A DNA stretch of 64,000 nucleotides from Bacillales bacterium (GCA_020633845.1 JACKCW010000002.1:14332-78331), one strand, 5' to 3'; counted from the stretch's first letter, positions 37,412-47,085 are shown. Made by a program: numbers and translations. Notes: generated by a model from the sequence alone, not told the origin.

Positions 37412-37497
37412 TATATGGTCTGGCTAATTTACTCGTATAGTTCCGGGATAAAAAATCCGTGATTGACGTATAACTATACCTCGCTACTCCCCACACA
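37412..37497 (-). promoter_or_regulatory. yybP-ykoY (Mn2+) riboswitch
   Basis: Minus-strand RNA UGUGUGGGGAGUAGCGAGGUAUAGUUAUACGUCAAUCACGGAUUUUUUAUCCCGGAACUAUACGAGUAAAUUAGCCAGACCAUAUA. It has the conserved 5' GGGGAGUAGC and 3' UUAGC-AGACC blocks, P1 UGUGUGG/CCAUAUA, and an inner helix GUAUAGUU/AACUAUAC. A putative promoter TTGAAA-17-TAAATT lies at 37531..37503. Confidence 0.75.
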
Positions 37498-37531
37498 ATA
37501 TTAATTTAACTCATTAAACGGCTTTTTTCAA

Positions 37532-37568
37532 TCAAAAAAAATAAAAAAAGGACACATAATGTGTCCTT
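37532..37568 (-). terminator. Intrinsic terminator downstream of gpmA
   Basis: Minus-strand AAGGACAC / AUUAU / GUGUCCUU followed by a long U-run. Confidence 0.75.
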
Positions 37569-37584
37569 GATATAAAACTATATA

Positions 37585-38328
37585 TTATTTGGCTTTTCCC
37601 TGATTTTTAACTGCTTCCATCTTGGCCTTTAAGTCATCATCATTTGCGAGATAATACCTGTCGATAACATTAAAATCGTCGTCGAATTCATAAACCAGAG
37701 GTACTCCGGTCGGAATATTAACCGACACTATTTCGTCGTCCGATAATTTATCAAAATACTTCACAAGAGCTCTAAGAGAGTTGCCGTGAGCGGCTACTAA
37801 AACTCTTTTTCCTTTTTTCATATCTTCTTTTATTACGGATTCAAAATATGGAACCGCTCTTTCAATAGTATCTTTTAGGCTTTCAGCAAGCGGTAATTCA
37901 TCCTTATTTTCGGATCGATAAGCTTCTTGAAGCGCTGGGTTTCTTTTATCTGTTTCCTCAAGATAAGGAGGATTAACCGCAAAACTTCTTCGCCAAATTG
38001 TAACTTGTTCTTCCCCGTATTTTAAAGCTGTTTCACTCTTATTTAAGCCTTGAAGAGCACCATAATGTCTTTCGTTTAATTTCCAACTCTTATAAACTGG
38101 AAGCCATTCTCTGTCCATTTCTTCCAGAATATGATTTAAAGTGTGAATCGCTCTTTTAAGGTATGATGTGTAGCAGACATCAAAATCATATCCTTTTTCT
38201 TTTAATATTTTCCCGGCGTTTTTTGCTTCTTCATGTCCTTTTTCCGAAAGATCGACATCAGTCCAACCGGTAAATAAGTTTTCTTTATTCCAAACGCTTT
38301 CTCCATGCCTAACCAATACTAATTTCAT
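37585..38328 (-). CDS. gpmA: 2,3-bisphosphoglycerate-dependent phosphoglycerate mutase
   Basis: [20 protein letters not shown] and HGNSLRAL motifs. Confidence 0.92.
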   Translation of the reverse strand: MKLVLVRHGESVWNKENLFTGWTDVDLSEKGHEEAKNAGKILKEKGYDFDVCYTSYLKRAIHTLNHILEEMDREWLPVYKSWKLNERHYGALQGLNKSETALKYGEEQVTIWRRSFAVNPPYLEETDKRNPALQEAYRSENKDELPLAESLKDTIERAVPYFESVIKEDMKKGKRVLVAAHGNSLRALVKYFDKLSDDEIVSVNIPTGVPLVYEFDDDFNVIDRYYLANDDDLKAKMEAVKNQGKAK

Positions 38329-38392
38329 AAATAATCTCCTTTATTTATTCTATTATTGCCAGTCTCAATTCTATCACAGAGGGGAACTATTT

Positions 38393-38959
38393 TCAAATAA
38401 AGAAGAAAATTGCGCCGAGGGCTGCTCCCATCAAAAGAATAATGTACGGGCTTATCGCTTTTTTCTTGATTTTCTTGTAGAGAAAAGCGGTGAAAAAAAC
38501 AACACAAAAAATAACTATTGCACTTATATCAAGCGAATAACTGTCGCCACTATCAAGTAAGAAATTCTGATATAAAAAATAGATTCCGGTCCCTATAATA
38601 AGGCCGATTACTATTCCTTGAAAACCGTGAAGAATAGCTTTTACAACCGGTTTTTCAATAATTTTAGTTAAGACAGAAGCGATAAGAAGGATGATGATAA
38701 ACGAAGGTAAAACAACCCCAAAGGTAGCGCAAAACGCGCCGAATACTCCGCCATGAAGCCTTCCGACGAAAGTTGCCATATTAACCGCAATCGGCCCGGG
38801 AGTGGATTCACTAATCGCAATCATATTATAAAATTCCGCTTCGCTTAACCAGCCTCTTGTGACAACCTCGCTCTCAATAAGCGGAATCATCGCGTAGCCA
38901 CCGCCAAAGGTAAAAAGTCCGATAAGGAAAAAAACATAGAAAAGTTCTAAATAGATCAT
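38393..38959 (-). CDS. chrA: Chromate transporter (CHR) half-size protein
   Basis: FTFGGGYAMIPLIE motif and about 5-6 TM helices. It is paired with the upstream half-size paralog (TAATG overlap). Confidence 0.8.
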   Translation of the reverse strand: MIYLELFYVFFLIGLFTFGGGYAMIPLIESEVVTRGWLSEAEFYNMIAISESTPGPIAVNMATFVGRLHGGVFGAFCATFGVVLPSFIIILLIASVLTKIIEKPVVKAILHGFQGIVIGLIIGTGIYFLYQNFLLDSGDSYSLDISAIVIFCVVFFTAFLYKKIKKKAISPYIILLMGAALGAIFFFI

Positions 38960-39555
38960 TAGTCTTTTTCCTCCTTTTTCTCTTTTTTATGTTTAATAAG
39001 AAGTGACAAGGAGTAAACCAAAAGTGAAACGCCGCCGCCGATTAATATCATGTAAATAGTAGAAAAATTAATATTAAAGAATTTAACCAATAAAAGAGTC
39101 ACAAGAGAAAAAGCGATAAGAATATAACTTAACGCATCTTTTTTTGCTGTTTTAAAAAGTTTGATTCCGGCCGAAAGAATTAAAAAAGTAACGCTTACCA
39201 TAAGGCCGGTGATTATTGCTTGAATGATTTTGACTTCAATAAATTTATCATAAAAAAACGAGATAATAAGGATGATGATAAATGAAGGAAGCGATACGGC
39301 AATTGTCGATATTAAAGAGCCAATAAAACCGAGCACCTTATAACCGATATATGTAGCGCAATTTATGGCTATTACCCCAGGAGTTGCCTCGGCAACCGAA
39401 ACAATATTCAAAAGTTCATCTTGGGTTAAGTATTTTCTTTTCTCGACAAAAGTCTTTTCGATAAGCGGAATCATCGCGTATCCGCCTCCAAAAGAGAAAA
39501 GGCCAATCTTTAAATAATCTAGGAAAAGCAGTAACGCTAACTTGATTTTTTTCAT
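38959..39555 (-). CDS. chrA: Chromate transporter (CHR) half-size protein
   Basis: FSFGGGYAMIPLIE motif. I prefer the start MKKIKLALLL (39555), which removes the overlap with the MFS gene. Confidence 0.8.
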   Translation of the reverse strand: MKKIKLALLLFLDYLKIGLFSFGGGYAMIPLIEKTFVEKRKYLTQDELLNIVSVAEATPGVIAINCATYIGYKVLGFIGSLISTIAVSLPSFIIILIISFFYDKFIEVKIIQAIITGLMVSVTFLILSAGIKLFKTAKKDALSYILIAFSLVTLLLVKFFNINFSTIYMILIGGGVSLLVYSLSLLIKHKKEKKEEKD

Positions 39556-39562
39556 AACTTCA

Positions 39563-40807
39563 TTATACCGCAACATTATAGACTTTAGAAATGGAATCTT
39601 TTCTAAGGACGACAAACACTAGCGTAGCTACCATATTAATCGCCATGGCACCAAACACTATCCACCTGAGATCAACCACTTCTCCCAGTGCTCCTGATAC
39701 AAGTTGACCCGTAACGCTACCTAGACCGGTTGTCGCCATATAGAAAAGACTATTGAATCGGCCTCTTTTTTCGTTCGGGACATAATTTTGGGTAGAACTT
39801 GTTCTAATGGTAAAGGAAGTCACGGCTAAGATGCCGCAGATGAAACTGATGATATACATAATAGGAAGTGTGGAAAACAACATTGCACCTTGAAGAACTG
39901 AGGTTGCAATATAGACAAAAAGTGCAATTTTATAATTGTTTTCCGGTTTACTGCTTTTAAAATAATGAATGATGGCCCCAATCACTCTTCCAAGGGCACC
40001 GACGGCCATAACAAAAGAGTAATCTTGTATTGTGTAGATGACACTTGATTCAAAAAAAGGCAGTAGCATTGTTGCAAAAGCGGAATACGCCATCATATTA
40101 AAAATAAAGTATATGGTAATAAATTTTAATCCCTTTTCTTTTTTTAGATATGAAAGACCTTCTTTTAAATCATTCATAAAATAACTGAGTTTATATACCT
40201 TCTCATCGGTTTTTTCCAGTGCCGGCTTATCGGTTGTAATAAACAATTCAAAAGTCGCTGTAAGCGTAAACAAGATACCAGAACCGATAAATAGGTATTC
40301 AACGCCGATGGTCTTGTATAAGAAGGCGGCAAGCGGGACCATTAAAGTAGAAGCTATCGGATAAATCATTGATGATATCGAATAAGCCTTTGAATAATTT
40401 CCTTTTGATACTAATGTCGGATAAAAAGAGTCATAGGCTATTTGGTAAAACGCGTTTTGCGAACCGATTATAAAACCCAAAGCAAGAATGAGAAAGTAAC
40501 TATCAGTCCAGCCTGCAAGATACATTAAGGCAATAATTATATAAAAAGATCCGGTTAGATAATCAAGAAAAACAATTATTTTCTTGCGGGAAAAACGATC
40601 TAAAAACGGTCCGACAAAGAAACTGACTATTACATAAGGAACAAGAGAAACTGTAGTGTATATCGCATAAAGCAAGGTTGATTCAGTATTTTGATACACT
40701 AAAAGACCAAGGGAAAAAGAGGCAACGCATTGCCCGACCATTGATATAATTGTTCCGATAGTAATAAGTGAAAAATCACTTGTCCAGAGTTTATTTCTCG
40801 TTTCCAT
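39563..40807 (-). CDS. MFS transporter
   Basis: About 12 TM helices and the loop motif GPFLDRFSRKK between TM2 and TM3. Confidence 0.8.
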   Translation of the reverse strand: METRNKLWTSDFSLITIGTIISMVGQCVASFSLGLLVYQNTESTLLYAIYTTVSLVPYVIVSFFVGPFLDRFSRKKIIVFLDYLTGSFYIIIALMYLAGWTDSYFLILALGFIIGSQNAFYQIAYDSFYPTLVSKGNYSKAYSISSMIYPIASTLMVPLAAFLYKTIGVEYLFIGSGILFTLTATFELFITTDKPALEKTDEKVYKLSYFMNDLKEGLSYLKKEKGLKFITIYFIFNMMAYSAFATMLLPFFESSVIYTIQDYSFVMAVGALGRVIGAIIHYFKSSKPENNYKIALFVYIATSVLQGAMLFSTLPIMYIISFICGILAVTSFTIRTSSTQNYVPNEKRGRFNSLFYMATTGLGSVTGQLVSGALGEVVDLRWIVFGAMAINMVATLVFVVLRKDSISKVYNVAV

Positions 40808-40884
40808 ATTAAGTAGCCTTATGAATTATAACATAAGGTAATAAAAAGAACGAACATAAGTGTCCGTTCTTTTGAATGATTCTA

Positions 40885-41895
40885 TTATCTTGCGCCCTTA
40901 TCGTAAGGAATACCTTCCATCTTAGGTGCTCTAGATTTCTTAGATGTAAAGGCCAAGACAACCAAAGTAACAATATACGGAAGCATTTTGTAAATTGAGT
41001 CTCCAGTTCCTTGAGCAAGATTGGAAAATGAAGGAAGGAAGTCGATTCCAGAACTGTATTTTCCAAGAGCGTTAAAGAAAGCGAATATAAGGGCGGCTCC
41101 AAGAATATTTTGCGGTTTCCAGTTACCAAAAATCATAACGGCAAGAGCTAGGAACCCAAAACCGGCCACTCCGGCTCCCGGTGCTACCCCGGATGTCGCG
41201 ATAAAGGCCCACATAATACCGCCAAAACCAGCTAGAAGACCAGATAAACCGACACCAATATATCTTGTGGTATAAACACCGATTCCGGCAGATGCAGCCG
41301 CTTGCGGATGTTCGCCGCACGACATCAGTCTTAAACCAAATCTAGTTTTATATAACACGATAGTCGATATGATCCAGATAAGGATAGCGATTGGGGTAGT
41401 TATAGCAAATCCTTTAAACAAGAGAATTCCAAAGAATGAGTTTCTAAATTCTTCACTAAAGCCTAAATTAAAGGTAACCCAGTCATAGTTGAATAAAACT
41501 GTAGTAGAGCCGGCAGAACTAAATTCCGATTGAATAGATGATACTAAAAGGTAACAGAAGGCGGGAGCAAAAATATTTAAAGCCGTTCCGCCAATTGTCT
41601 GGTCGGCTTTCATGTGAATTGAGGCAAATGCGAGAAGCATCGAATAGATACAGCCAGAAAGGGCGGCTACTAAAACAGCAATTAAAACTGCCCATTGCCC
41701 GGCAACTTCACCAAAGCCGTTCATGTTAAATGCTCTTATCGTAAGAGCCCCGAAAGTCGCACCTACTATCATTGTTCCTTCAAGACCGATATTAATGGTT
41801 CCGCTTCTTTCAGTAAACATTCCTCCTAAAGCAACAACCACTAAACAAAGCGCATAAAGTAAGGTTGAATTAATTAAACCAGGAAGCAGCGTCAT
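40885..41895 (-). CDS. BMP-family (nucleoside) ABC transporter permease, NupQ-like
   Basis: A polytopic BPD_transp_2-type protein (GGMFTERSGTINIGLEG), the last gene of a lipoprotein-ATPase-permease-permease order. Confidence 0.8.
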   Translation of the reverse strand: MTLLPGLINSTLLYALCLVVVALGGMFTERSGTINIGLEGTMIVGATFGALTIRAFNMNGFGEVAGQWAVLIAVLVAALSGCIYSMLLAFASIHMKADQTIGGTALNIFAPAFCYLLVSSIQSEFSSAGSTTVLFNYDWVTFNLGFSEEFRNSFFGILLFKGFAITTPIAILIWIISTIVLYKTRFGLRLMSCGEHPQAAASAGIGVYTTRYIGVGLSGLLAGFGGIMWAFIATSGVAPGAGVAGFGFLALAVMIFGNWKPQNILGAALIFAFFNALGKYSSGIDFLPSFSNLAQGTGDSIYKMLPYIVTLVVLAFTSKKSRAPKMEGIPYDKGAR

Positions 41896-43118
41896 TGCTT
41901 CTCACCTCCTTTTATATCCGCTATAACAGGCGGTTTATTTAATATATTTGATTGGTTGGATATTGCTAGGTCTCTCTTTACCCGGCCTTTTAAAATTAAG
42001 TTGCGGAAGAAGAGTGAGAAAGCGCTGAAATAAATAATTGTCGATGTTATAACACTTACTATTTCAGTATTATAAACTGGTTGCAGATTATCGCCACCGA
42101 CCTTAAGGAAGGCAATAAATAACCCGCTGAAGATGACGCCTATCGGGTTGGATCCACCGAGAAGAGCCACTGAAATTCCGTCGAATCCGGCCTGTTGTAA
42201 TACTTCTTCGGTTTTATAAACCGCCCCATTATTACCGGTAAGGTAGTAAAGAGCGCCGCCGACACCGGCTAAAGCCCCCGCAACTACCATCGAAAGGATA
42301 ATGTTCTTCTTATCATTGATTCCGGCATATTTAGCAGCGTTTTTATTTAATCCGCATGCTTTAAGTTCATAGCCGAAAGTTGTTTTATATAGTATTACCC
42401 AAACCACTATCGCAAAAACAATAGCGACGATAATGCCGACTGATACGTTGTCGTTACCGGCAAATAAACTTGCAAGATTTAAACGCGAAAGAATAATCCC
42501 GTCGCCGGTAAGAGTTAATGTTCGACTGGAATCGGCGCCTAAAGACTGAATAGCTGGTGTATTATATACAAAAATATTCACAAGATAGAGACCAATCCAG
42601 TTTGTCATAATACATGTTATAACCTCGTTTATATTAAGATATGCCTTAAACAAACCAGGAATAGCGCCCCAGATAGCACCGGCTATAAGGGCCGCAAATA
42701 TCGAAACGTACCAAGGAAGATGTAACATTCCGGCACAAATTATTGCTGCTATTCCACCGAACAGATATTGTCCGGAAGCACCGATATTAAACAAACCGGT
42801 TTTAAACGCAAAAGCCACGGAAAGCCCGGTCATAATTAGAGGCATCGCATAATAAAGCACTTGACCGATATTATACTTAAGAGTAGTAAAGCGTCTTAAA
42901 TATTCCGAATAACTTGAAGGATTAGAAAGGCCTAAACTTAAGATCTTTTTCATTCCCCAACTTGCCGAACTGAATCGTCCGGTAATCGCGCTTACCGAGC
43001 TTGATTTAGTGGCGCTGTATGTGACGAGTAAAACAACAAAGGCCAGAATAAGACCGATTACGATACATAAAAGCGTCGCTACTATGGAAGATAATTTAGT
43101 CAGAGTTTTAGTTTTCAC
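41892..43118 (-). CDS. BMP-family (nucleoside) ABC transporter permease, NupP-like
   Basis: A polytopic protein (FNIGASGQY) that overlaps the downstream permease gene by 4 nt. Confidence 0.8.
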   Translation of the reverse strand: MKTKTLTKLSSIVATLLCIVIGLILAFVVLLVTYSATKSSSVSAITGRFSSASWGMKKILSLGLSNPSSYSEYLRRFTTLKYNIGQVLYYAMPLIMTGLSVAFAFKTGLFNIGASGQYLFGGIAAIICAGMLHLPWYVSIFAALIAGAIWGAIPGLFKAYLNINEVITCIMTNWIGLYLVNIFVYNTPAIQSLGADSSRTLTLTGDGIILSRLNLASLFAGNDNVSVGIIVAIVFAIVVWVILYKTTFGYELKACGLNKNAAKYAGINDKKNIILSMVVAGALAGVGGALYYLTGNNGAVYKTEEVLQQAGFDGISVALLGGSNPIGVIFSGLFIAFLKVGGDNLQPVYNTEIVSVITSTIIYFSAFSLFFRNLILKGRVKRDLAISNQSNILNKPPVIADIKGGEKQ

Positions 43119-44663
43119 TTACTTTTTTTCCTCCACATTTTGTCTTTTGGCGCCGGCCATGTAAAGGCCAAGTTCTTTAACATTAGTTTTCTTCGGATCG
43201 AATTCGCCGACGATTTCGCCTTCATACATCACAAGAATCCTGTCTGATACATCCATTACTTCATCAAGCTCTAAAGATATAAGGAGAATTGCCGATCCTT
43301 CATCTCTAACTTTGATTAATTGTTTATGAATATATTCAATAGCGCCGACATCAAGACCTCTTGTCGGCTGGACAGCGATAAGAAGAGGCGCATCATAATC
43401 AAGTTCTCTTGCAACAATAACTTTCTGCTGATTTCCGCCGGACATACTTCTAGCCATCGTATCACTGCCTTGACCAGACCTAATGTCATATTGTTTTATC
43501 AGTTCGTCCGAATAAGTCGCAATCTCTTTTTCCTTCATAAAACCGGCAGACTGAAACTTTTTTTCAAAATACTTTTTCATAACTAAGTTGTAAGAAAGAG
43601 GATAATCAAGGATTAAACCATACTTCTGTCTATCCTCGGGAATGTGTGCCATTCCTACTAAATTTCTTTCTCTGATGCTCATGTTTGTTATATCTTTACC
43701 GCGTAATTCTATATGACCTGAATCAACCTTCTCAAGACCGGAAAGGGCGTATGCCAGTTCGGTCTGACCATTTCCTTCAATCCCGGCAATACAAAGTATT
43801 TCTCCGGCATGAACAGAAAACGAGATGTTGTTATTAACCATTTTTTTATTTAATTTGGACTTAACACAGAGATTATCAACTTTTAAAACAGTATCTTTAG
43901 GCTCTGCTTTCTTTTTATCAACAGTAAAGGAAACTTTTCTTCCTACCATCATTTCCGCAAGTTTTTCTTTGGTAGTATTCTTAACATTGACTGTCGCCAC
44001 ATGTTTGCCTTTTCTAAGAACAGTAACTCTGTCGGCAACCGCCATTATTTCGTTCAACTTGTGAGATATAAAAAGAATAGATTTTCCTTCTTTGGCGAAG
44101 TTTCTCATTATTTCCATCAGCTCGTCTATCTCTTGTGGAGTTAAAACAGCTGTCGGTTCATCAAAAATAAGAATATCCGATGATCGGTAGAGCATTTTTA
44201 GTATTTCCACTCTTTGTTGCATACCTACCGAAATATCCTGAACTTTCGCATCCGGATCAATCTTTAAACCATATTTTTCGGAAAGATCCATTACTTTTTT
44301 GCGGGCTTTTTTTCTATCAACGAAGATTCCGCCCTTCATTGGCTCCGAACCCAAAATAATATTATCCAGAACCGTAAATATATCAACTAATTTGAAATGT
44401 TGATGGACCATGCCTATTCCAAGGTTGGTCGCATCGTTCGGGTCATTTATCTTTACTTCTTTCCCGTCTTTTTTGATAATACCCTTTTCCGGCTGATAAA
44501 GACCGAAAAGAACGCTCATGAGAGTCGATTTTCCGGCGCCGTTTTCTCCTAAAAGAGCATGTATTTCTCCCTTTTTTAATTGAAGAGAAATATTATCGTT
44601 AGCAATGATGCCTGGGAAGGACTTTGTAATATTTAACATCTCGATTACATAGTTTTCTTCCAT
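43119..44663 (-). CDS. Duplicated-domain ABC ATPase of the BMP/nucleoside transporter, NupO-like
   Basis: Two nucleotide-binding domains: GENGAGKST, the degenerate signature VGMQQRVE and ILIFDEPTA in the first; SGGNQQKV plus a degenerate Walker A in the second. Confidence 0.85.
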   Translation of the reverse strand: MEENYVIEMLNITKSFPGIIANDNISLQLKKGEIHALLGENGAGKSTLMSVLFGLYQPEKGIIKKDGKEVKINDPNDATNLGIGMVHQHFKLVDIFTVLDNIILGSEPMKGGIFVDRKKARKKVMDLSEKYGLKIDPDAKVQDISVGMQQRVEILKMLYRSSDILIFDEPTAVLTPQEIDELMEIMRNFAKEGKSILFISHKLNEIMAVADRVTVLRKGKHVATVNVKNTTKEKLAEMMVGRKVSFTVDKKKAEPKDTVLKVDNLCVKSKLNKKMVNNNISFSVHAGEILCIAGIEGNGQTELAYALSGLEKVDSGHIELRGKDITNMSIRERNLVGMAHIPEDRQKYGLILDYPLSYNLVMKKYFEKKFQSAGFMKEKEIATYSDELIKQYDIRSGQGSDTMARSMSGGNQQKVIVARELDYDAPLLIAVQPTRGLDVGAIEYIHKQLIKVRDEGSAILLISLELDEVMDVSDRILVMYEGEIVGEFDPKKTNVKELGLYMAGAKRQNVEEKK

Positions 44664-44684
44664 ATTTGCCTCCTTTTTGTAAAT

Positions 44685-44714
44685 AAGGTCATCACGCTTT
44701 CACGCGATGACCTT
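44685..44714 (-). promoter_or_regulatory. Intercistronic stem-loop between the lipoprotein gene and the ATPase gene
   Basis: A 12-bp stem (AAGGUCAUCGCG/CGUGAUGACCUU, one G-U pair) with a hexaloop and no U-run. It looks like an mRNA-stabilising or partial-termination element. Confidence 0.5.
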
Positions 44715-44736
44715 ATATTGATATTAATTTTTAATA

Positions 44737-46308
44737 CTATGCGTTGTAATCAACAGTAACGTGAGTTAAACCAGCAGGAACAGCAGCAGTCGAATTGTTA
44801 ACAACAACTGAACCATCCTTTAGTGATGCAAATAAAGTGTTATATTCAGCAACTGTGAAAGTAGTGAGTCTCCAAGAAGATTCAGAAGTAGGAAGTCCTA
44901 CGCAGTCTTCAGCAGCGCCAAGAGTTAAAGTAATACCGGCATGATCAACATCCCAAGCACCATCATTGTCATAGAAAGAAGTAAGAGCTTGATAAGTTGA
45001 TTCAACAAGTTTCTTTTCGGCAGAAGTGATAATTCTATCAGATTCAGCAGATTGGTCAACGTCGACACCGATTACTTTTCCCGAAGTTGTAGCTTCAGCA
45101 GCAGCAACTACAGAAAGGTAAATTCCGCCTCCGCAAGAGAATACAACTTCAGTTCCGGCAGCGTACCATGCATCCATCTTAGTCTTAAGATCGGCAGATG
45201 GAGAGAAAGTACCAGCGTAATTATATTTTATTGTAACGTTAACGTTTTTAGCAACAGCGGCAGCTTCAGCTCCCTGAACATACCCATAACCATATCTTAC
45301 AACGGCCGGAACACTCATTCCACCGATGAATCCAAGTTTAGTATATCCTTCCATAACGGCAGCATATCCAGCTAAATAACCAGCTTGTTCTTCTTGATAT
45401 AATATGCAGCAAGTATTTGCAGCAGTATAGTAAGTTGCATAGTCAGCAGTATGAGGTTCTCCATCAAGTAATAAGAATGCTACATCAGGGTATTGACTCT
45501 GAAGGTTATAAATAGCCTCTTCAAATAAGTATCCTGGGCAAACGACAACATCAGCACCAGCAGCGATAGCGGCTTTGATTGAAACTTCACGAGCGGCTGT
45601 AGAGTCCTCGTTTGGACGCCAATACGCATAAGTAAGATTATTTTCTTCAGCATATTTGATAACGCCGTTCCAAGCTCCTTCGTTGAATGATTTATCATCA
45701 ATATTTCCAACGTCAGTAACAAGAGCGATATCAATTTCAGTTACAGGAACAAGACCCATAGCTTTAGTGCCGTCTTCAAGTTCAGCATAAACTACATAGT
45801 AAGTTCCGGCTTCAAGAGCACCAGGGTTGTCTCCCCAAGTTCCTTCTCCGTCAGTAGCAGTTTCCTGATAAGGAGGTAAATAAAGAGTATCAGGTGTTAA
45901 ATTGTCAATAGCGCCAGATTCTTTATTTTGTGCCCAGAAATCGATAGTATCAGGATCGCCAATAGCGGTTCTTACAACCTTAACAGCTAAATTTCCGTTG
46001 AATGTAACAACTTCGCCGTCAATTTTGTATTCAAAAGACCAGCCAGCATCGGTAGCCGGAAGAACAACTTGAAGAATGTATAAAGCGGTAGCACCTTTGA
46101 GTTCAGCTTTAATTGATGCAACTCTTTCGTCGTTAATAGCGATAGCAGTCATCTTGTAAGTTTCATCTCCAACCGCCGTTCCCCAACCATTGAATTGTCC
46201 TACTGCATAGTAGTCTTTTTCAGCATTCTCAAGGATAGTTCCGGCACATCCTGCAAGAAGCAAAGTAGAGCAGGCAAGCAACAGTAATGCAAAAATTCTT
46301 TTCATCAT
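44737..46308 (-). CDS. BMP-family (PnrA/NupN-like) substrate-binding lipoprotein with an extra ~170-aa N-terminal CBM-like domain
   Basis: Lipobox LLLAGC. The C-terminal two thirds are BMP-like (LVTDVGNIDDKSFNEGAWNG...GVDVDQ). The N-terminal domain has GQFNGW ... FEYKIDGE motifs. Confidence 0.8.
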   Translation of the reverse strand: MMKRIFALLLLACSTLLLAGCAGTILENAEKDYYAVGQFNGWGTAVGDETYKMTAIAINDERVASIKAELKGATALYILQVVLPATDAGWSFEYKIDGEVVTFNGNLAVKVVRTAIGDPDTIDFWAQNKESGAIDNLTPDTLYLPPYQETATDGEGTWGDNPGALEAGTYYVVYAELEDGTKAMGLVPVTEIDIALVTDVGNIDDKSFNEGAWNGVIKYAEENNLTYAYWRPNEDSTAAREVSIKAAIAAGADVVVCPGYLFEEAIYNLQSQYPDVAFLLLDGEPHTADYATYYTAANTCCILYQEEQAGYLAGYAAVMEGYTKLGFIGGMSVPAVVRYGYGYVQGAEAAAVAKNVNVTIKYNYAGTFSPSADLKTKMDAWYAAGTEVVFSCGGGIYLSVVAAAEATTSGKVIGVDVDQSAESDRIITSAEKKLVESTYQALTSFYDNDGAWDVDHAGITLTLGAAEDCVGLPTSESSWRLTTFTVAEYNTLFASLKDGSVVVNNSTAAVPAGLTHVTVDYNA

Positions 46309-46326
46309 TTCTCCTTTTTATGTCTT

Positions 46327-46372
46327 GCGTTTTGAAAACGCTTTCTATATACATTAATAACGCAAATGTCTA
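46327..46372 (-). promoter_or_regulatory. Candidate promoter (TAGACA-17-TATAGA) overlapped by the dyad GCGTTTTGAAAACGC and a cre-like TGAAAACGCTTTCT site
   Basis: A perfect 7-1-7 palindrome at 46327..46341. The 14-mer at 46333..46346 matches the CcpA cre consensus TGWAANCGNTNWCA at 13 of 14 positions. Confidence 0.4.
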
Positions 46373-46448
46373 GAAAAAACAAGAAAAAAGTCTAGAAACA
46401 ATGTAGTTGCTCAAATATTTATAAAAATAGAGAAGTTCATTCGTTTAT

Positions 46449-47021
46449 TTATGCACTAATTATAATCAGTCCCATGGCTTTATATGTACTGAATTCAGCA
46501 TAAACGAGATAATAAGTCCCATCTTCAAGAGCACCAGGGTTGTCTCCCCAAGTTCCTTCTCCGTCAGTGGCAGTTTCCTGATAAGGAGGCATATAAAGAG
46601 TATCCGGTGTTAAATTGGTAATAGCTCCAGATTCTTTATTTTGTGCCCAGAAATCGATAGTATCAGGATCGTCTTTGGCAGTTCTAACAACTTTAATGGC
46701 TTGGTTTCCGTCGAAAGTAACGGTTTCGCCATCAATTTTGTACTCAAATGTCCAGCCAGCTCCTTCTCCCTGAAGGGCAACCTGAAGTACATAAACGGCA
46801 GTAGCACCTTTAAGTTCAGCTTTAATTGATGCAACTCTTTCGTCGTTAATAGCGATAGCAGTCATCTTGTAAGTTTCATCTCCAACCGCCGTTCCCCAAC
46901 CATTGAATTGTCCTACTGCATAGTAGTCTTTTTCAGCATTCTCAAGGATAGTTCCGGCACATCCTGCAAGAAGCAAAGTAGAGCAGGCAAGCAACAGTAA
47001 TGCAAAAATTCTTTTCATCAT
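46449..47021 (-). CDS. Stand-alone CBM-like domain lipoprotein (copy 2, a chimera made by the tandem duplication)
   Basis: Its first 75 codons match the BMP lipoprotein gene at the DNA level except for one synonymous SNP, and its last ~150 codons are identical to copy 3. Lipobox LLLAGC. Confidence 0.7.
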   Translation of the reverse strand: MMKRIFALLLLACSTLLLAGCAGTILENAEKDYYAVGQFNGWGTAVGDETYKMTAIAINDERVASIKAELKGATAVYVLQVALQGEGAGWTFEYKIDGETVTFDGNQAIKVVRTAKDDPDTIDFWAQNKESGAITNLTPDTLYMPPYQETATDGEGTWGDNPGALEDGTYYLVYAEFSTYKAMGLIIISA

Positions 47022-47039
47022 TTCTCCTTTTTATGTCTT

Positions 47040-47085
47040 GCGTTTTGAAAACGCTTTCTATATACATTAATAACGCAAATGTCTA
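47040..47085 (-). promoter_or_regulatory. Second identical copy of the promoter/dyad/cre-like element (within the repeat)
   Basis: Identical sequence shifted by 713 bp, with the cre-like 14-mer at 47046..47059. Confidence 0.4.

Noticed and set aside
40809-41129. Same-strand out-of-frame ORFs overlapping real genes (40809..41129 and 50186..50515).
   Set aside because: They overlap a recognisable permease gene and the malG/amylase junction in another frame. Their products are Arg/Cys/Trp-rich with no domain features.
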